Shown piece after piece: positions 25,997 to 40,977 of a DNA stretch of 64,000 nucleotides (positions are counted from its first letter, which is position 1; every line of letters begins with the position of its first letter). Below the pieces are notes generated by a model that searched no databases, was not told the DNA's origin, and saw only the letters and a list, made by a program, of their open reading frames with translations. The stretch spans positions 1,594,744-1,658,743 of the forward strand of contig RHPI01002069.1 of NCBI GenBank assembly GCA_009103225.1, given 5' to 3'. This stretch comes from Chlorokybus atmophyticus. Lineage: Eukaryota > Plantae > Mesostigma and Chlorokybus algae. The translations under genes were made by a program, and so were the position numbers.

Positions 25997-28958
25997 ATGG
26001 TCCTCCTCCACGTCAAGTCTTCGGACGACGCCTCCTTCCAGTCCCATTTCCTCCTGGAGGCCTTGTCCTCCGAGCTGGTGGGTGCCGTAGCGAGGAGGGC
26101 GGCCAGGGTCAGCAACCTGAGGCAACGGGTCGGGAGAGTGGGGCTGGAGGGGAGGGAGCTGGGGAGGTATGGGACAGCAGACAAAAGGCAGCCAGAAGAA
26201 ATGCAGGTGGGTGGGGTGGGGGTGGGTAGGTGGGGGTGGGGGTGTCCCCGTTGCCAGCGTTCCATGCCTACTGCGCTGCAAGATTTTGTTTATGAATTAT
26301 GTGTCTTGGTAATGGTACTGTACGTAGAGTCAATGGTCCTTGGTTGACATCTGTTGTTATCATGAGTAGTGCTAGCATCGTTATGGTCGTGGTTATGGTT
26401 CTAGCTGTTGTTGTTGCTGCTCTTGTTGCTGCTGCTGTGGTTGTGTTTGTGTTTGTGGTTGCTGCTGCTGGTATTGTTGTTGTTGCTGCTGGCGTTGGTG
26501 CTGTCACTTCACTTTTGATGAGTGTGTTAAATCGTCCTCGATGAATATGATGATGTCATCGCATATTGTGACACAACCTCATTCCCAGTGACCAATGTGC
26601 CACTCTCTATGCGTCTTTGTCTCGCTTTTCTGTCAAGGGCATCTGCGATTGTGTCTCAATGCCTGCTAGTCGGTGTTCTGTTTGCTTGCTCTTTTGAGTT
26701 GTCGTCTTACCAGTGTTGTTCAGAGACCAGATGTTGCACACTGCTGAATTGGCGCATGCAGCAGTTTTTCCTGCACTGTTGGCTGACTGACTTCTTTTCG
26801 TTGGTTTGGTTGTATATGTTACAAAGGGTCTGGATGAGGAAATGGAGGCCATGCAGGGTCTGAGCCTGAGCTCAGAAAAAGAAACCAGGGGTCCCTTCTA
26901 CACGCCTGATCCAACCGGTCCTCGCACCGGGGCAGGTGCGTGAGACACATTCACACACAGTCTTCACAAACACACGCACGCACACGTGCGTGCACGCACA
27001 CGCACACGCACAGGCACAGGCACAGGTTAGCACACAAGCACGTACATGTACACGCACCTCTATTGGCATTCTGGACGTTTTGTTTTGTGTTTGTGACACA
27101 ACGTCATCATCACAGCTTGCGACCCCAACACCGCCATCACACTGACCAAAACTGCAACTCTCGAAGCTGCAGAGACCCTTGCATTGAGAGTACGTGTAAG
27201 CCCTCAGTGCAATGCAACGCAACTGCAATCTCTGTCACCCTCCATTGTCCACACCCAAAGTCCATGTATGCAACGCAGAAGCAGGTGGAGGCGGGCACAC
27301 GGCTGACTGAGGAAGAGCTGCAGGTACGGTGTGTATGGCATAAAGCAACACAGGTTGTATTGTGGAGACATGCTATGGTATCGTGATTGAGCGTGTGCTC
27401 GTGCGCGTGTGTATAATTGTAAGAGTAGCATTGATACGTGTGTGTGCGTGTGAGAGCAGTTCAACTTTACTGAGATGGATGAGGAGACGGCTACGCTGTG
27501 GTGGGCCGGCAAGCAGATGCTCAGGGAGAACAAGCTCAGCGACTATGTTGGCAAAAACGAGAAGACCAAGGTGGGTTGGCATGTGCGATGCATGCGCGGG
27601 TGCAGTCGGTCGGTTGTATGCTTTACAACAACTAATGGTCCAACTTGATGTGTCGCGCAGATTGTTGTGAAGCTGCAGAAGAAGGGTGCGGCTGGCGCAG
27701 CACCCGTCACCCGCGAACCCGTACGCCTCCAACCGACGACACGTAGCACCATCCCACCGCGTGGTGGAGACGACCGCGAGTACACCGTAGAGGACCACCG
27801 CGTCGTGGAGGTCACGAGTCAAGCTGGCGGTGCCGTGGTCACGATGAGAGTCACGTTGCTTGCTGCTGGGTTCGTGATAGGCGCACGCGGTGCTTCGGCT
27901 CGACAAATCGGGCAGGTACAACTGGCTGTATGTGCATGCAGTGGAGTTCACTTGGTTTCGGTGCTTATGTACACTATCATCATGTGCAGGTGACTGGGGC
28001 TGTTGTCCAGTCTTGGACCGACAGCTTGGACCCTGACAACGCCACCCGCATGTTCAAGATCCAGGGCAAGAAGCAGAGCGTGAAGGCCGCGGTCGACCTC
28101 ATAGCACAAGCCGTGCAGCTGTACAAGGACCTGTGCGAGAGCAAGAGGCGTGGCGAGTTCGTGCAGCGCGTGCACACCCTTGCGAGCGTGGAGTTTACGT
28201 ACCAGCCGCCCCCTCGCAAAGCGCTGCTGGCATCCGGACCTGCAGACGACCACCCCGCCTATGACCCTGAGCAGCTGGAGGCCCTGTTTGTACCCACCCT
28301 CTCTTCTAATGGCCAAACCCATCATGGCTTGAACAACATGCCCTACCCTACCCAACAACATGGCCATGTCCACAGCCACCCGACGCAGACCGGCATGGGC
28401 GTTGGTTACATGCAGCAGAACGCCTGGTCCAACGGCAACCCATGGGTGCAGCACCACCACACTCATGGCGGAAGTCCCCCGTTGAAGCCATCGGCACACA
28501 CACCTGTCAACGCATACAGCAGCAGCAATGCGTTGCAGTTCAGTAGCCAATACCACCCTGGCAGCGACAACAATGCGATTGAAGCAGAGAGCAAGTGGCG
28601 GTGGCCGTCGGGCGACGAGAGCAACTACCTCGCGGAGTTGCAGAAGCGCGCGGCCATGGCATCGCAGGCACGTGTTGTTGACAGCTTCCACAGAGAGAGC
28701 ACCTCCGTGTATCAACAGCAGTCCTACGTGGACGAGTATGACTTTGAGGAGATTGAGCGCCTGGCCATGATGCCGCTCGTGTCGCCTCAGAAGCCAGCAA
28801 GGTGGCAGCATCAAGCTGTGCAGCAGCTGCCGCAAGCACAGCATCAGCAACAGCAACAGCATCAGCAACAGACCGCATACTTCAGTGGGTTGGATGAGTT
28901 GCGGCTGCGCGCGGCACTATTCTGCAAAGCTGCAGATGAACAAGTGCGGGGCATGTGA
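25997..28958 (+). CDS. CFAP298(FBB18)-like N-terminal region fused to a KH-domain, Q-rich protein. Exons 25997-26206, 26827-26935, 27116-27189, 27279-27323, 27460-27570, 27661-27917, 27990-28958.
   Basis: MVLLHVKS..., TPDPTGPRTG, KQVEAG and LWWAGKQMLRENKLSDYVGKNEKTKIVVKLQKKG match CFAP298. The frame runs unbroken into a KH domain (GFVIGARGASARQIGQVTGAVVQSW). All introns are GT-AG with compatible phases. Confidence 0.75.
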
Positions 28959-30099
28959 GTTGTCTGCTGCTCAGAGCGCCCGGTGGGCGCCTGTTTACAG
29001 GTGAGTTGGGTTCCATGTTGCAGTCAGCATATTTAGTGCCATGTTGCCATCATTGACTGACTGTCGTGCTTGTCCTTGTTCTCAGCCCTGCAACCATGCG
29101 CGCTTCTGTTGTCTCCTGCATAGATATAGCATGATTATCTGGCCACTGTGTCCCAAGAGCCCAGTTGTATCTTACCGCAGCAGCTGCGGATCCTGATCCC
29201 AACTCTGGATGGAAGTGCGTGTCCTCCCAAAGCAATGGCACTGCGCGTGTAACGGTGGACTGATCATGACCAACCCACCCGCATCTCCTTCCCCGTAAAC
29301 GGCAGGGCTGCAACATGCAGCATGTCAGTGTTGGGTTGGGGCCCCTTGCGCCCCCTTGTAAAGCAGTGAAGTTGGTTACACACAGCATTGACGTCTGTGT
29401 ACATAGTCACCTCTCTCCCGAAGGTACGGCGCTGACAGTGCAGGCACAGGCTGCATGCCAGCTCGTTCCTCCTTTTCTGTCTGTCTGTCTGTCAGCTGAG
29501 ACACACAGATTGTTTTTTCTCTCTGGTTGAGACAGGACGCGTGTTGCATATTCCCGATGTGTATTGTATTTTGACGGATCTTTGTGCTTAGTGTAGGCAA
29601 GAATTGGACTTATATAAGCTTGCAGTTCTGATGCAGCAAGTAGTGCGCGTATGCTACATCGTTGTTGCTGCAGCGACTGCATATACAGCAATGCAACCTC
29701 CTTGGCTTGCATTGCAATTGCTACCGCAAGTTAACAGGCTTGACATTTGCACATTCACTCAATGGCTAATGCAAGCTTCCAGCTTTGAGATGACAGTATT
29801 CGCAGTTAATACGACCGTAGAGACCAGAGCTTGACATGTTAAAAATAATCCGACAACTGACTTGGACGTATTTTTAACAAAGCGCGTCTGGTCAAAAAAC
29901 ACAATGAAGGGGGAAAATCTGCTCGGGGCCGCGCGCTCTAGAATTAATAAAATATTGATCGGCTGAATCGGTAAAAAGTCGCGCACCATAAAGTGACTTG
30001 CATAGCTGCGTCGGTTGTCGCGGGCTTCAACATGTGCCCCAACATGCATTGTAATCATGGCCCGCCTTCCACAATTCAAACACACAAGGCCTTGCGAAC

Positions 30100-31100
30100 T
30101 ATCAACACACTCTCATTTGCTGCTCCTCATGCTGTGCACTCATGGGAACACCGTTTGCAACCATTACACTCCTCACCCGGGCTGACTTGGTAACTGTAGC
30201 TTGCCGTTCATCGCGCCGACCAGAATTGGTGCGTTTGATAGCCTGAGCCCGAGCTGTCAAGCGCACCGTGTGACTCCCGACAGCTGCGTCGTCATGCCCT
30301 CTGCCAGTGAACAATGTCTTCTCGTACTCTTTCTGCCATTGGGCATTCTCGGCTGCAACAAGGACGCGTACGTCACGAATTGTATAGCTTGCGCCTTGAT
30401 GCGCTCCTCGCAACATGGTTTGCACGGCCTCCCCTAAGCTATCCTCTAATGCACGCAACACCGCGGTCAGCATGTTGGACACAACCTCATGCTCCGTGTC
30501 CTCCGACAACTTTACCATCCTTGGCACATCATGCGAGGGGTCTCACCATTCTTGCGCTTGAAGTACATCAGCTCCATCATTCTTGCCGGCATTGATTGCG
30601 GATACATCAGCGTCACCACCACCACGAACTCCCTCCCCCGCCAATCCTTCGCCCACTCCTTCTTAAACCAAGCTCCATAATAAATAAGCTCCATACTAAA
30701 TAAGCTCCACACACCTTTTTCCGTGCCTCAGATTTCCTCTTGAACTCCCTCCACGTGCCCAAAGCTTCATCCTTCAAGAATTCGTGCATCATCTTGAATG
30801 CTTTGTGCTCATTTCATGACCGATCACGTGCCAATTAGCTGATCATGCGACACTCCAACCTATCCTTAAAGTGTTGTACCTCCAATGTGCCGGGTCAACC
30901 GCTGAAACGCGTGCGCACTCCCTCCATCTCTGTCTTCAACAAAGTGTTTATTAGATCAAGCACCTCCGCTTCAACGTCCTCATGGGCTTTTTTGTCACTG
31001 GATGGCTCGTGTCTAAAGTCTCATTTACTTGGGAAAGTAGGGACCTCCTTGCATGTAACTCTTCTCTCTTCCTTAAGGGGACTTCAAGCTCCTTTAAACC
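30100..31100 (-). pseudogene. Degenerate retroelement gag-like remnant
   Basis: Broken frame RFSG*PGTLEVQHFKDRLE...EFLKDEALGTWREF resembles the retrotransposon gag F.G...W signature. Many stops. Confidence 0.35.
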
Positions 31101-32369
31101 AGCTCCTGATCTTGTTTCCACGGGCATTTCACGTCCTCCACAACCACAAACACCCGCACACCTTGATGCCAAGTATTTTATCAACTCATGAGCGCAAGTA
31201 ACGAGCGCGTGTCTTGGCCAACCTAGACTCAAGCACAGGCTGCTACGCTCGCAATGGGAATGTGGTGCACGGGGAGATAGGCTAACGCTATTCACAAGTT
31301 GTAGCACACGCTCATACAGCTCACACAAGCATATCCAATCACACGCACACTCAAGGCAAGCATACAATCAAGGCAACGACCAATTGAGTTTTTAGGTAGC
31401 TGTATACTCTCGATAGGACAAGGGACTTGGGCTCAACTAGCTGCAACACAAGTTAAGGACACTTACATAGCCTCCCACCATGTCTCTACAGCCGTTTAAC
31501 CACTTTCGCTCCCGCAACTACCAGACAAATCCCAAATCAGTCTCAACCAGCGATTTTGAGTCACATGTGAGTTCTATTAGCGTAACTGAGTTACACCGAT
31601 CGATGTGTTAATGTTAACTCAGCCCTAACCCATGAAATATGACCCCAAAACCCTTTACAATCGATGCATTGCGCCACCGACACGCATAATAGCCTCCAGT
31701 TTTTACATCACATCATCCTTCTCTTCTCACACTCCGCGCAACAAGTGCTCATGCGGAGTACATCACAACATGTACAGACCAAGGTGGGCGTCATGACCAC
31801 ACATCAACGATATCGATTGTGTCAAATAATACAGCATAAGAGTTGTTATATAGCAAGCTTTTGTTGGAAAGTGTAAGAAGGGGGGTGCTACCGCCCCCTT
31901 TAATCCCCTACCCCAACACCACCACCAGCCACGCTGCCGGCCCACACCGCCGCCGCCGCTGCCGAGGCAGCTGCCAGAGCAAAAGATACATTGGCTATGG
32001 CGGCCGCTGCGTTAGCAGCGCCGCCATGTGGCTGATAACGATGTGAGACATGAGTCTCACATCGATATCAGTGTTAGCGATAAGCTAACACTACATCAAG
32101 GCCATAAAGGCCCTAATACGGCTCAATTGGCTTTTTATTACCCGTTGGGACCCTTATTTCTAACTAAATAAGGGCGGGGAATCGCATAGCGGTAGCACTC
32201 CGTTACATTCCTTCCACTTAGGTTTCAATGTCCTCATTGAGGGGCTAGCAAGGCCCCACCGTGAGCATTGAAAACCTGAGCAGCAGGAAAACCAGGGCCG
32301 AAGCGGTAAAGATGTCTGCCAGCACCCTTTTACCGTCCGCGTGCAGACACATCACTCAAGTACGCCCGA

Positions 32370-35660
<3,291 letters not shown>

Positions 35661-35717
35661 AAGGGTACCACTTGCCCTTGAAAGGTAGCCAAATTCTGTG
35701 ACTGATGCGTGGGTTAA

Positions 35718-36337
35718 TGTAACGGGAAGGTACATTATATATAACCACAAATCGACCATAAAAGCACCAAGTCTTTTGTGGTCGAGTGGGCTGTGACGTT
35801 GGTATCGGAGAATGTAACGGGAAGGTACATTATATAATCATAAATTGACCATAAACGTACCAAGTCTTTTATGGTCGAGTGGGCTGTGACATTGGTCATC
35901 GGAGCTTAAGACCCGGGTTCGATTCCTGCCTTGCACACTGATTTCGCGGTCGTTGTTTCTCGATTCAGTAACACCGTAAATGGTCACTTCATAAGTGCCA
36001 TCATCGATGGGTCGCGACTTGCCCAATGGCAGTCGCGTCGGACTGACCATTTCAGTCGGCGCGGCAGGACGCGAGCTGCCTGTTGCGATGCGACCTGTGG
36101 GGCCGGCAGCGGCGCACTATGCGCGTTGACCGGTATGGCCCTAATTTAGCCGGTCCTTGCCGTTGGGGCCGGTGGCCGACCCTAGCAAACCCTTGGGATG
36201 ATTCCCTAGCTGATGGGAGCCAGCTGCCGAGGACGTCAGCGTTCTTAAGTGGGGGGAATGTAACGGGAGGTTACATTATATAACCACAAATCGACCATAA
36301 AAGCACCAAGTCTTTCATGGTCGAGTGGGCTGTGACA
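35718..36337 (+). mobile_element. TRIM-1: miniature non-autonomous LTR element with three ~80 bp LTR copies (35718-35798, 35813-35891, 36259-36337)
   Basis: LTRs TGTAACGG...GTGACA, TSD GTTAA on both sides, PBS TTGGT(C)ATCGGAG, PPT TAAGTGGGGGGAA, non-coding interior. Confidence 0.92.
35872..35926 (+). promoter_or_regulatory. Pol III type-2 promoter spanning the TRIM-1 LTR/PBS junction
   Basis: A-box TGGTCGAGTGG (35872-35882) and B-box GGTTCGATTCC (35916-35926), start-to-start 44 nt as in tRNAs. Upstream TATATAA (35831-35837) and CAA (35861-35863). Confidence 0.7.
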
Positions 36338-36689
36338 GTTAATCCATATCGCTAACATCGCACTGTCCCCGTCTCACGCTCTGTGAATTGTTTATACACA
36401 ATTCTCCCCCGAGTATGCTTTAGCCACGGTCCATAATATTTGGGCACCATGACAACCACATTCAGTGTCGTGTGTATATTTTGTAACTTACACAATGTGC
36501 GCAAAAAATCTATTAGCATGTTAAATTCTACATGCACTAGCACACAAGCATTGTCATCCACTTTGCACTATCAAAAAGTGGCAGCTTATCATGTGCTTGC
36601 TATGTATGTGTCATTACATGCACACGAGACAATTCATCATACCAGTTTGCTGCATGTAACACTAGCAACTGGCCATTAGATGAAGGTAC

Positions 36690-37620
36690 ATCACTCACGA
36701 TGTAATCATATTCAACCTTCTTAGCCTTGCCTTTCGCCTTGCTCGGGCAGTTCTTTGTAATGTGGCCTGGCTGATGGCACACGTAGCATGCGCGTGCTGC
36801 AATAGGTGTAGCACCATTCGCAGGTGCGAATGAGGTCTTTGCCTTTTTCGCCGCATGCGCACTTGGTGGAGGGAACCGCTTCCCCCCTCCCCCATGTGGC
36901 TTGACTGAAGCCACCACATGTGACTTGTCCTGCACAGCCACAGCATTGTCGTTGAATAGATACACACTCAACCTCTGCAAGGTTGCGAGGACCGTGGGAA
37001 CCCACGCCTGCCCCGTCGACGTGTGATACTGCAACTGGTTGCGCAAACGCGTATCCAAGCCGCGCTTGTACACGTCAAACGGCTCAGCCTTGTCCATGGG
37101 CATTAGCCCATTGTTGACATGGCCAACAAGTGCCTGAAACTCCTGCAAGTACACTGAAGCCGCCCGACCATTCTGTCGCAGCTTGGTAAGCTTGTTACGA
37201 GCAACAGCAGCCGGGTCCATGCCACCGTAGCGCTCCACTAAGAACTGAAACAATGCCCCCACAATCTTGGAAGCATTAACCTCTGTTTGTCGAGCCCACT
37301 CGGCCAAAGCATCAAGTGGCATGAGCAACTCAGCAACAGATGTATGCTCACTAACCGGTCGCTCGAGTACAGCCAAGTAGCGCTTCACATTCACCACCCA
37401 ATCATGAATGTTCATAGCCCCATTGGCTTGAACTTCTCGGACTTGTTCAACGCTGTGACGGGTAGGCCAACTGATGTCCCTGCTATAGTTGTGACAGCCC
37501 CGGCCACCTGCTGGCGCAATGCCACCAACTCGGATTGCATAGCATCAAGGCGTGCAGTCAAGCGCTCTTCTTGAGCTAACTTCTCCTCCAGCTCAGGCCC
37601 TAAGTATCAGAAGAGGTTCT
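36690..37620 (-). pseudogene. Element A gag with CCHC zinc knuckle
   Basis: DWVVNVKRYL, KLRQNGRAASVYLQEF, CYVCHQPGHITKNC; frameshift near 37420. Confidence 0.85.
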
Positions 37621-37633
37621 TGTCGTGCCTGTT

Positions 37634-38170
37634 GCCCGCCCATACCAGCCGTCATCGAGCATGCCTACATCGAACCCATCGCCCGGCCTACCAGCATACC
37701 AACGCGCGCGCGTCACTGACTAGTAGCTAGGTCATGACTCTAAAGTAGCTCACGACCATAGCCTACAAAGGCACCGCGTAGCTGTTCAGTTGTGAGTTCG
37801 GTTATAAGTTGTGTTCTACATTGAGTGTTGATTGCTGTAAAAATAGCCTCGATATGACCATTAGCTTATATTCTGAACAGTCACGATTGGACTTGTATAA
37901 GTGTCACAGTGTTCACCGGATCAGCTAGTGACATTGTGAGTGAGAAAGCTAAGAGCTTGTGAAACGACTTGAACTGCGAACACGCCATCCCAGTTACCAA
38001 GAACCCCCTCACTGTGTGAGAGCCTGTGCATGCTCGTGTGCATCGTGCTTGACATTGCTGTGAGCTTGGTGTGCCTGGTTGCAGTGTGTTTGTTGGCATC
38101 AGTTAGAATTCGCGTTTTGCTTGCTCATTCACCTCACTTAACAGTGTAACACATTCTCCTCTCACGCAAA
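37634..38170. repeat. ~535 bp direct repeat, copy 1 (copy 2 at 48525-49069)
   Basis: Colinear similarity from GCCCGC.CATACCAGCCGTCATCG to CTCACGCA, roughly 85-90% by eye. Confidence 0.9.
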
Positions 38171-40471
38171 GAACTGTGTAAACAGCACTACCTATAGTAG
38201 TGGCTTGTTGACTCATAGTGTCACCCTCTTTGCTCAAGTGAGTGCGTTGCATTCTGCATCAGATAGTGCAGCCTATATCTGGGGACACATACTTGTGCAT
38301 TCGTTATCACTGTCATTACATAGTGCACACACAAGCACTAGTGTGGTGAGTGGTAGCGGCATCGAGACAGGCAGTAGAGCACAAACACTCTACCCTGCAT
38401 ACACTTTCACCTGTGGACCAGCTGTATGAGCGGGCCCACCCCGTTCTCTGCAATAGCGAGGGAGACCTCAGCAGCTAGAGCCCAACCTCCATTCTCACCT
38501 ACGAGCCAGCCAGCGACGAGAGCAATGCTTGTAGCAGCAGAGGCTCGCGTTCTGTCTCCAACTTCACTCCGTTCTTGTCCACACCGCGGCGTCGAGCTTC
38601 CCCACTCTCGTCCAACAGTGACGACTACGAGATGGAGTCTTCCAGCTCAACCACGTCCTTGCGCTTTTTCGGACGTGCTGGCACTACCTCGCTGGACGAA
38701 TGCATCATTAAGTTCCATTCCAAGATGCGATAGCAAGCACTGAAGAATAAAGACTGGTCAGATGAGATTTCTTTTCACATTGCTGCTCAATATCTGGACC
38801 ATGAAGCACATGATGTCTAAAAGTGTTGTTGCTGAACTGTATCGAGTTGATGGCTACGGCGAGCTCGCCAGTACCATAGCATTTGCGTCACTGCACAGTT
38901 TAGCAGCCGTCTTGCCACCTACCACTTTCGCTGCAGTCACTGGGTTGTCCATAGCGGCAGCCATTAATAAAGCAGAGGACGAGGAACCTAAGTTGGTAAT
39001 CGTCAACCTGACCCCTGCAGAGATTGAGATCAAGACGGCCGTGCGACGGGCCCAGATCTTAGACCGTTCTGCTGCCATCCTTGAAGAACAACGAACTGCA
39101 GCCGTTGAGGTGGGCACTCCCCTACCTTTGGCAACACCTGGCTCTCGTGCGGGAGGCAGTGCTTTCACCCTCGGGTCAATCGCACTGCGCGCACCAGCCA
39201 TCACTATAGGTGCTGCCATCTCTGACTCTCCACTCAAGGATCTATACGCTGCACTTCGTCGCACCTTCCCTCCGCAGACCACTAGTAAAGTGGAGGAGCA
39301 GAGGCAGTTCCGACGCAAGCCGAACGAGGACCCCCTAAGCCTGTACTCCAGACTGGAAGGGCTGTTGAAGGACACTGACTACAAGATCGTCAGTGACAAG
39401 GCTGCTGCAATGGTATATGTCAATGAGTTGGATGCCACCCTGAGCGAGTCGACGCGCCTGACCCTGAACTACAGCAGGCCCCTTGGCTGCACGCTCAAGG
39501 AAGCTTTCAAGACCACACAAGCCATCCATAAGCGCTTGGTGTATGAGAAGGCAGTGCTGGACACCAACCGGAGCGCCTCACGGCCTGAAACCAGCACAAC
39601 TGCCGAGCCTCCTCGCCGCGAATGTGGCCGGGACGCTCCACCAGCAAGCGACAAAGGGAAACGTTCAGCGCATACTGCTTTACCTTGCCCTGTGCTGTGT
39701 CATCGCTGTGGACGGCACGGGCACTACAAAAAGGAGTGCACCGAAGAGTACTCAACTCTTGTCTGCGACTACTGCAACAAGACAGGCCACTTGGAGTCAG
39801 TCTGCTGGCTTAAGTTCCCTGAGTTGAGACCCGCCAACAGCTACAACGGCAACAACTCCGGTGGCTACAACAGCAACCATACCGGAGGCCATAACAACAC
39901 CAACAACTACGCCATTGCTCGCAAGAAGGAGCAAGGCTACAGGGGGAAGAATCGCCCTCCTTAGCGCAAGGGACTGGAAGGACGTCCGCGCGCTGCTGCT
40001 GTTGCCGCTAAGGCTCCAGCCAACCGGCCATTTGATAACCATATGGCTGCCCTCATGGCGTGTATGGCACGCTTAGAGGAAGACAAGCAGGACTACCGCG
40101 CCTGCTACTCTGCCCAGTGGGCAATGATGGCTCCAAAGCGCACGAGAGACACCAGCACTCTGTCATGGATTCAACCATCCCAACTAGTTCGAGGGGAGGC
40201 CGTAACATCGTCAGCAGCCACCTCCTCTGAAGCCACCAATGGTGCTGCACCAGCAGCAACAATTACACCGGCTACGACGTCGACTCCGTCAAAATCTGCA
40301 ACGATTGCTCCAGTTTCACCAAAAATTGGCATGCTAGTGAGCATCGTAACGCCAACACTGGTGAGCACGCTGGCCACAGCCACTGCTGTCACCAACCCTG
40401 CAGCATTAGGTCGCACCGGTTCCGCTCCAACTGCACGACCACCTGTGTCAGCAAGTGTTGTGAACACCCTC

Positions 40472-40977
40472 CGTTACAAATTGGGATAAATTGTGATAGA
40501 CCTGACTTATGGTAGTGTCTTTTACTACCATAGCCTAGTGGTCGGGACTCATTGTCACAAGGGTAACGGAGCTTGACGTCTCAGGTTCAATTCCCATAGG
40601 GGACTGAGACAGTTGCAAGGCAAAAGTAAAAACATTTGGGGCGGCTTGCCCTAGGCTGGGCGCGGGATCACGACCTGCGCGCCGAGTCAGTTCAACCTAA
40701 GGCCGCGTGAGCGGTCGCGCTGCGATGGCAGGTCGCGCGGTGTGGATGGCCGTTCAGTCGGTCAGAACCGTTTATGGGCTGGATTCAACAGGCCGCGTGC
40801 AGACCAATCGTGGTACGGCCGCAAACACGGCGACGTGGGCTAGTGCCTCATTGGATTATGAGGAACTCATGGGTTAAATTGGGGAGGAATGTCATGAATT
40901 GGGATAAATTGTTACAAACCTCACTCATGGTAGTGTCTTTTACTACCATAGCCTAGTGGTCGGGCCTCATTGTTACA
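40472..40977 (+). mobile_element. TRIM-2: miniature LTR element with 88 bp LTRs (40472-40559, 40890-40977)
   Basis: TSD CCCTC on both sides, LTR ends TGTCA/CGTTA...TGT(C/T)ACA, degenerate [29 protein letters not shown]. Interrupts an element B ORF. Confidence 0.9.
40531..40594 (+). promoter_or_regulatory. Pol III type-2 promoter spanning the TRIM-2 LTR/PBS junction
   Basis: A-box TAGCCTAGTGG (40531-40541) and B-box GGTTCAATTCC (40584-40594), spacing 53 nt. Confidence 0.65.

Noticed and set aside
35865-35937. Functional tRNA gene in TRIM-1 (and at 40524-40600 in TRIM-2)
   Set aside because: A/B boxes are present, but there is no acceptor stem, only a 4-bp T-stem, and the anticodon-arm position is occupied by the LTR end and PBS.
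38424-38778. 5' LTR of element B (TGTATG...TTCACA with AATAAA)
   Set aside because: No similarity to the 3' LTR, and its second half translates as the gag N-terminus (LRFFGRAGTTSLDECIIKF...).
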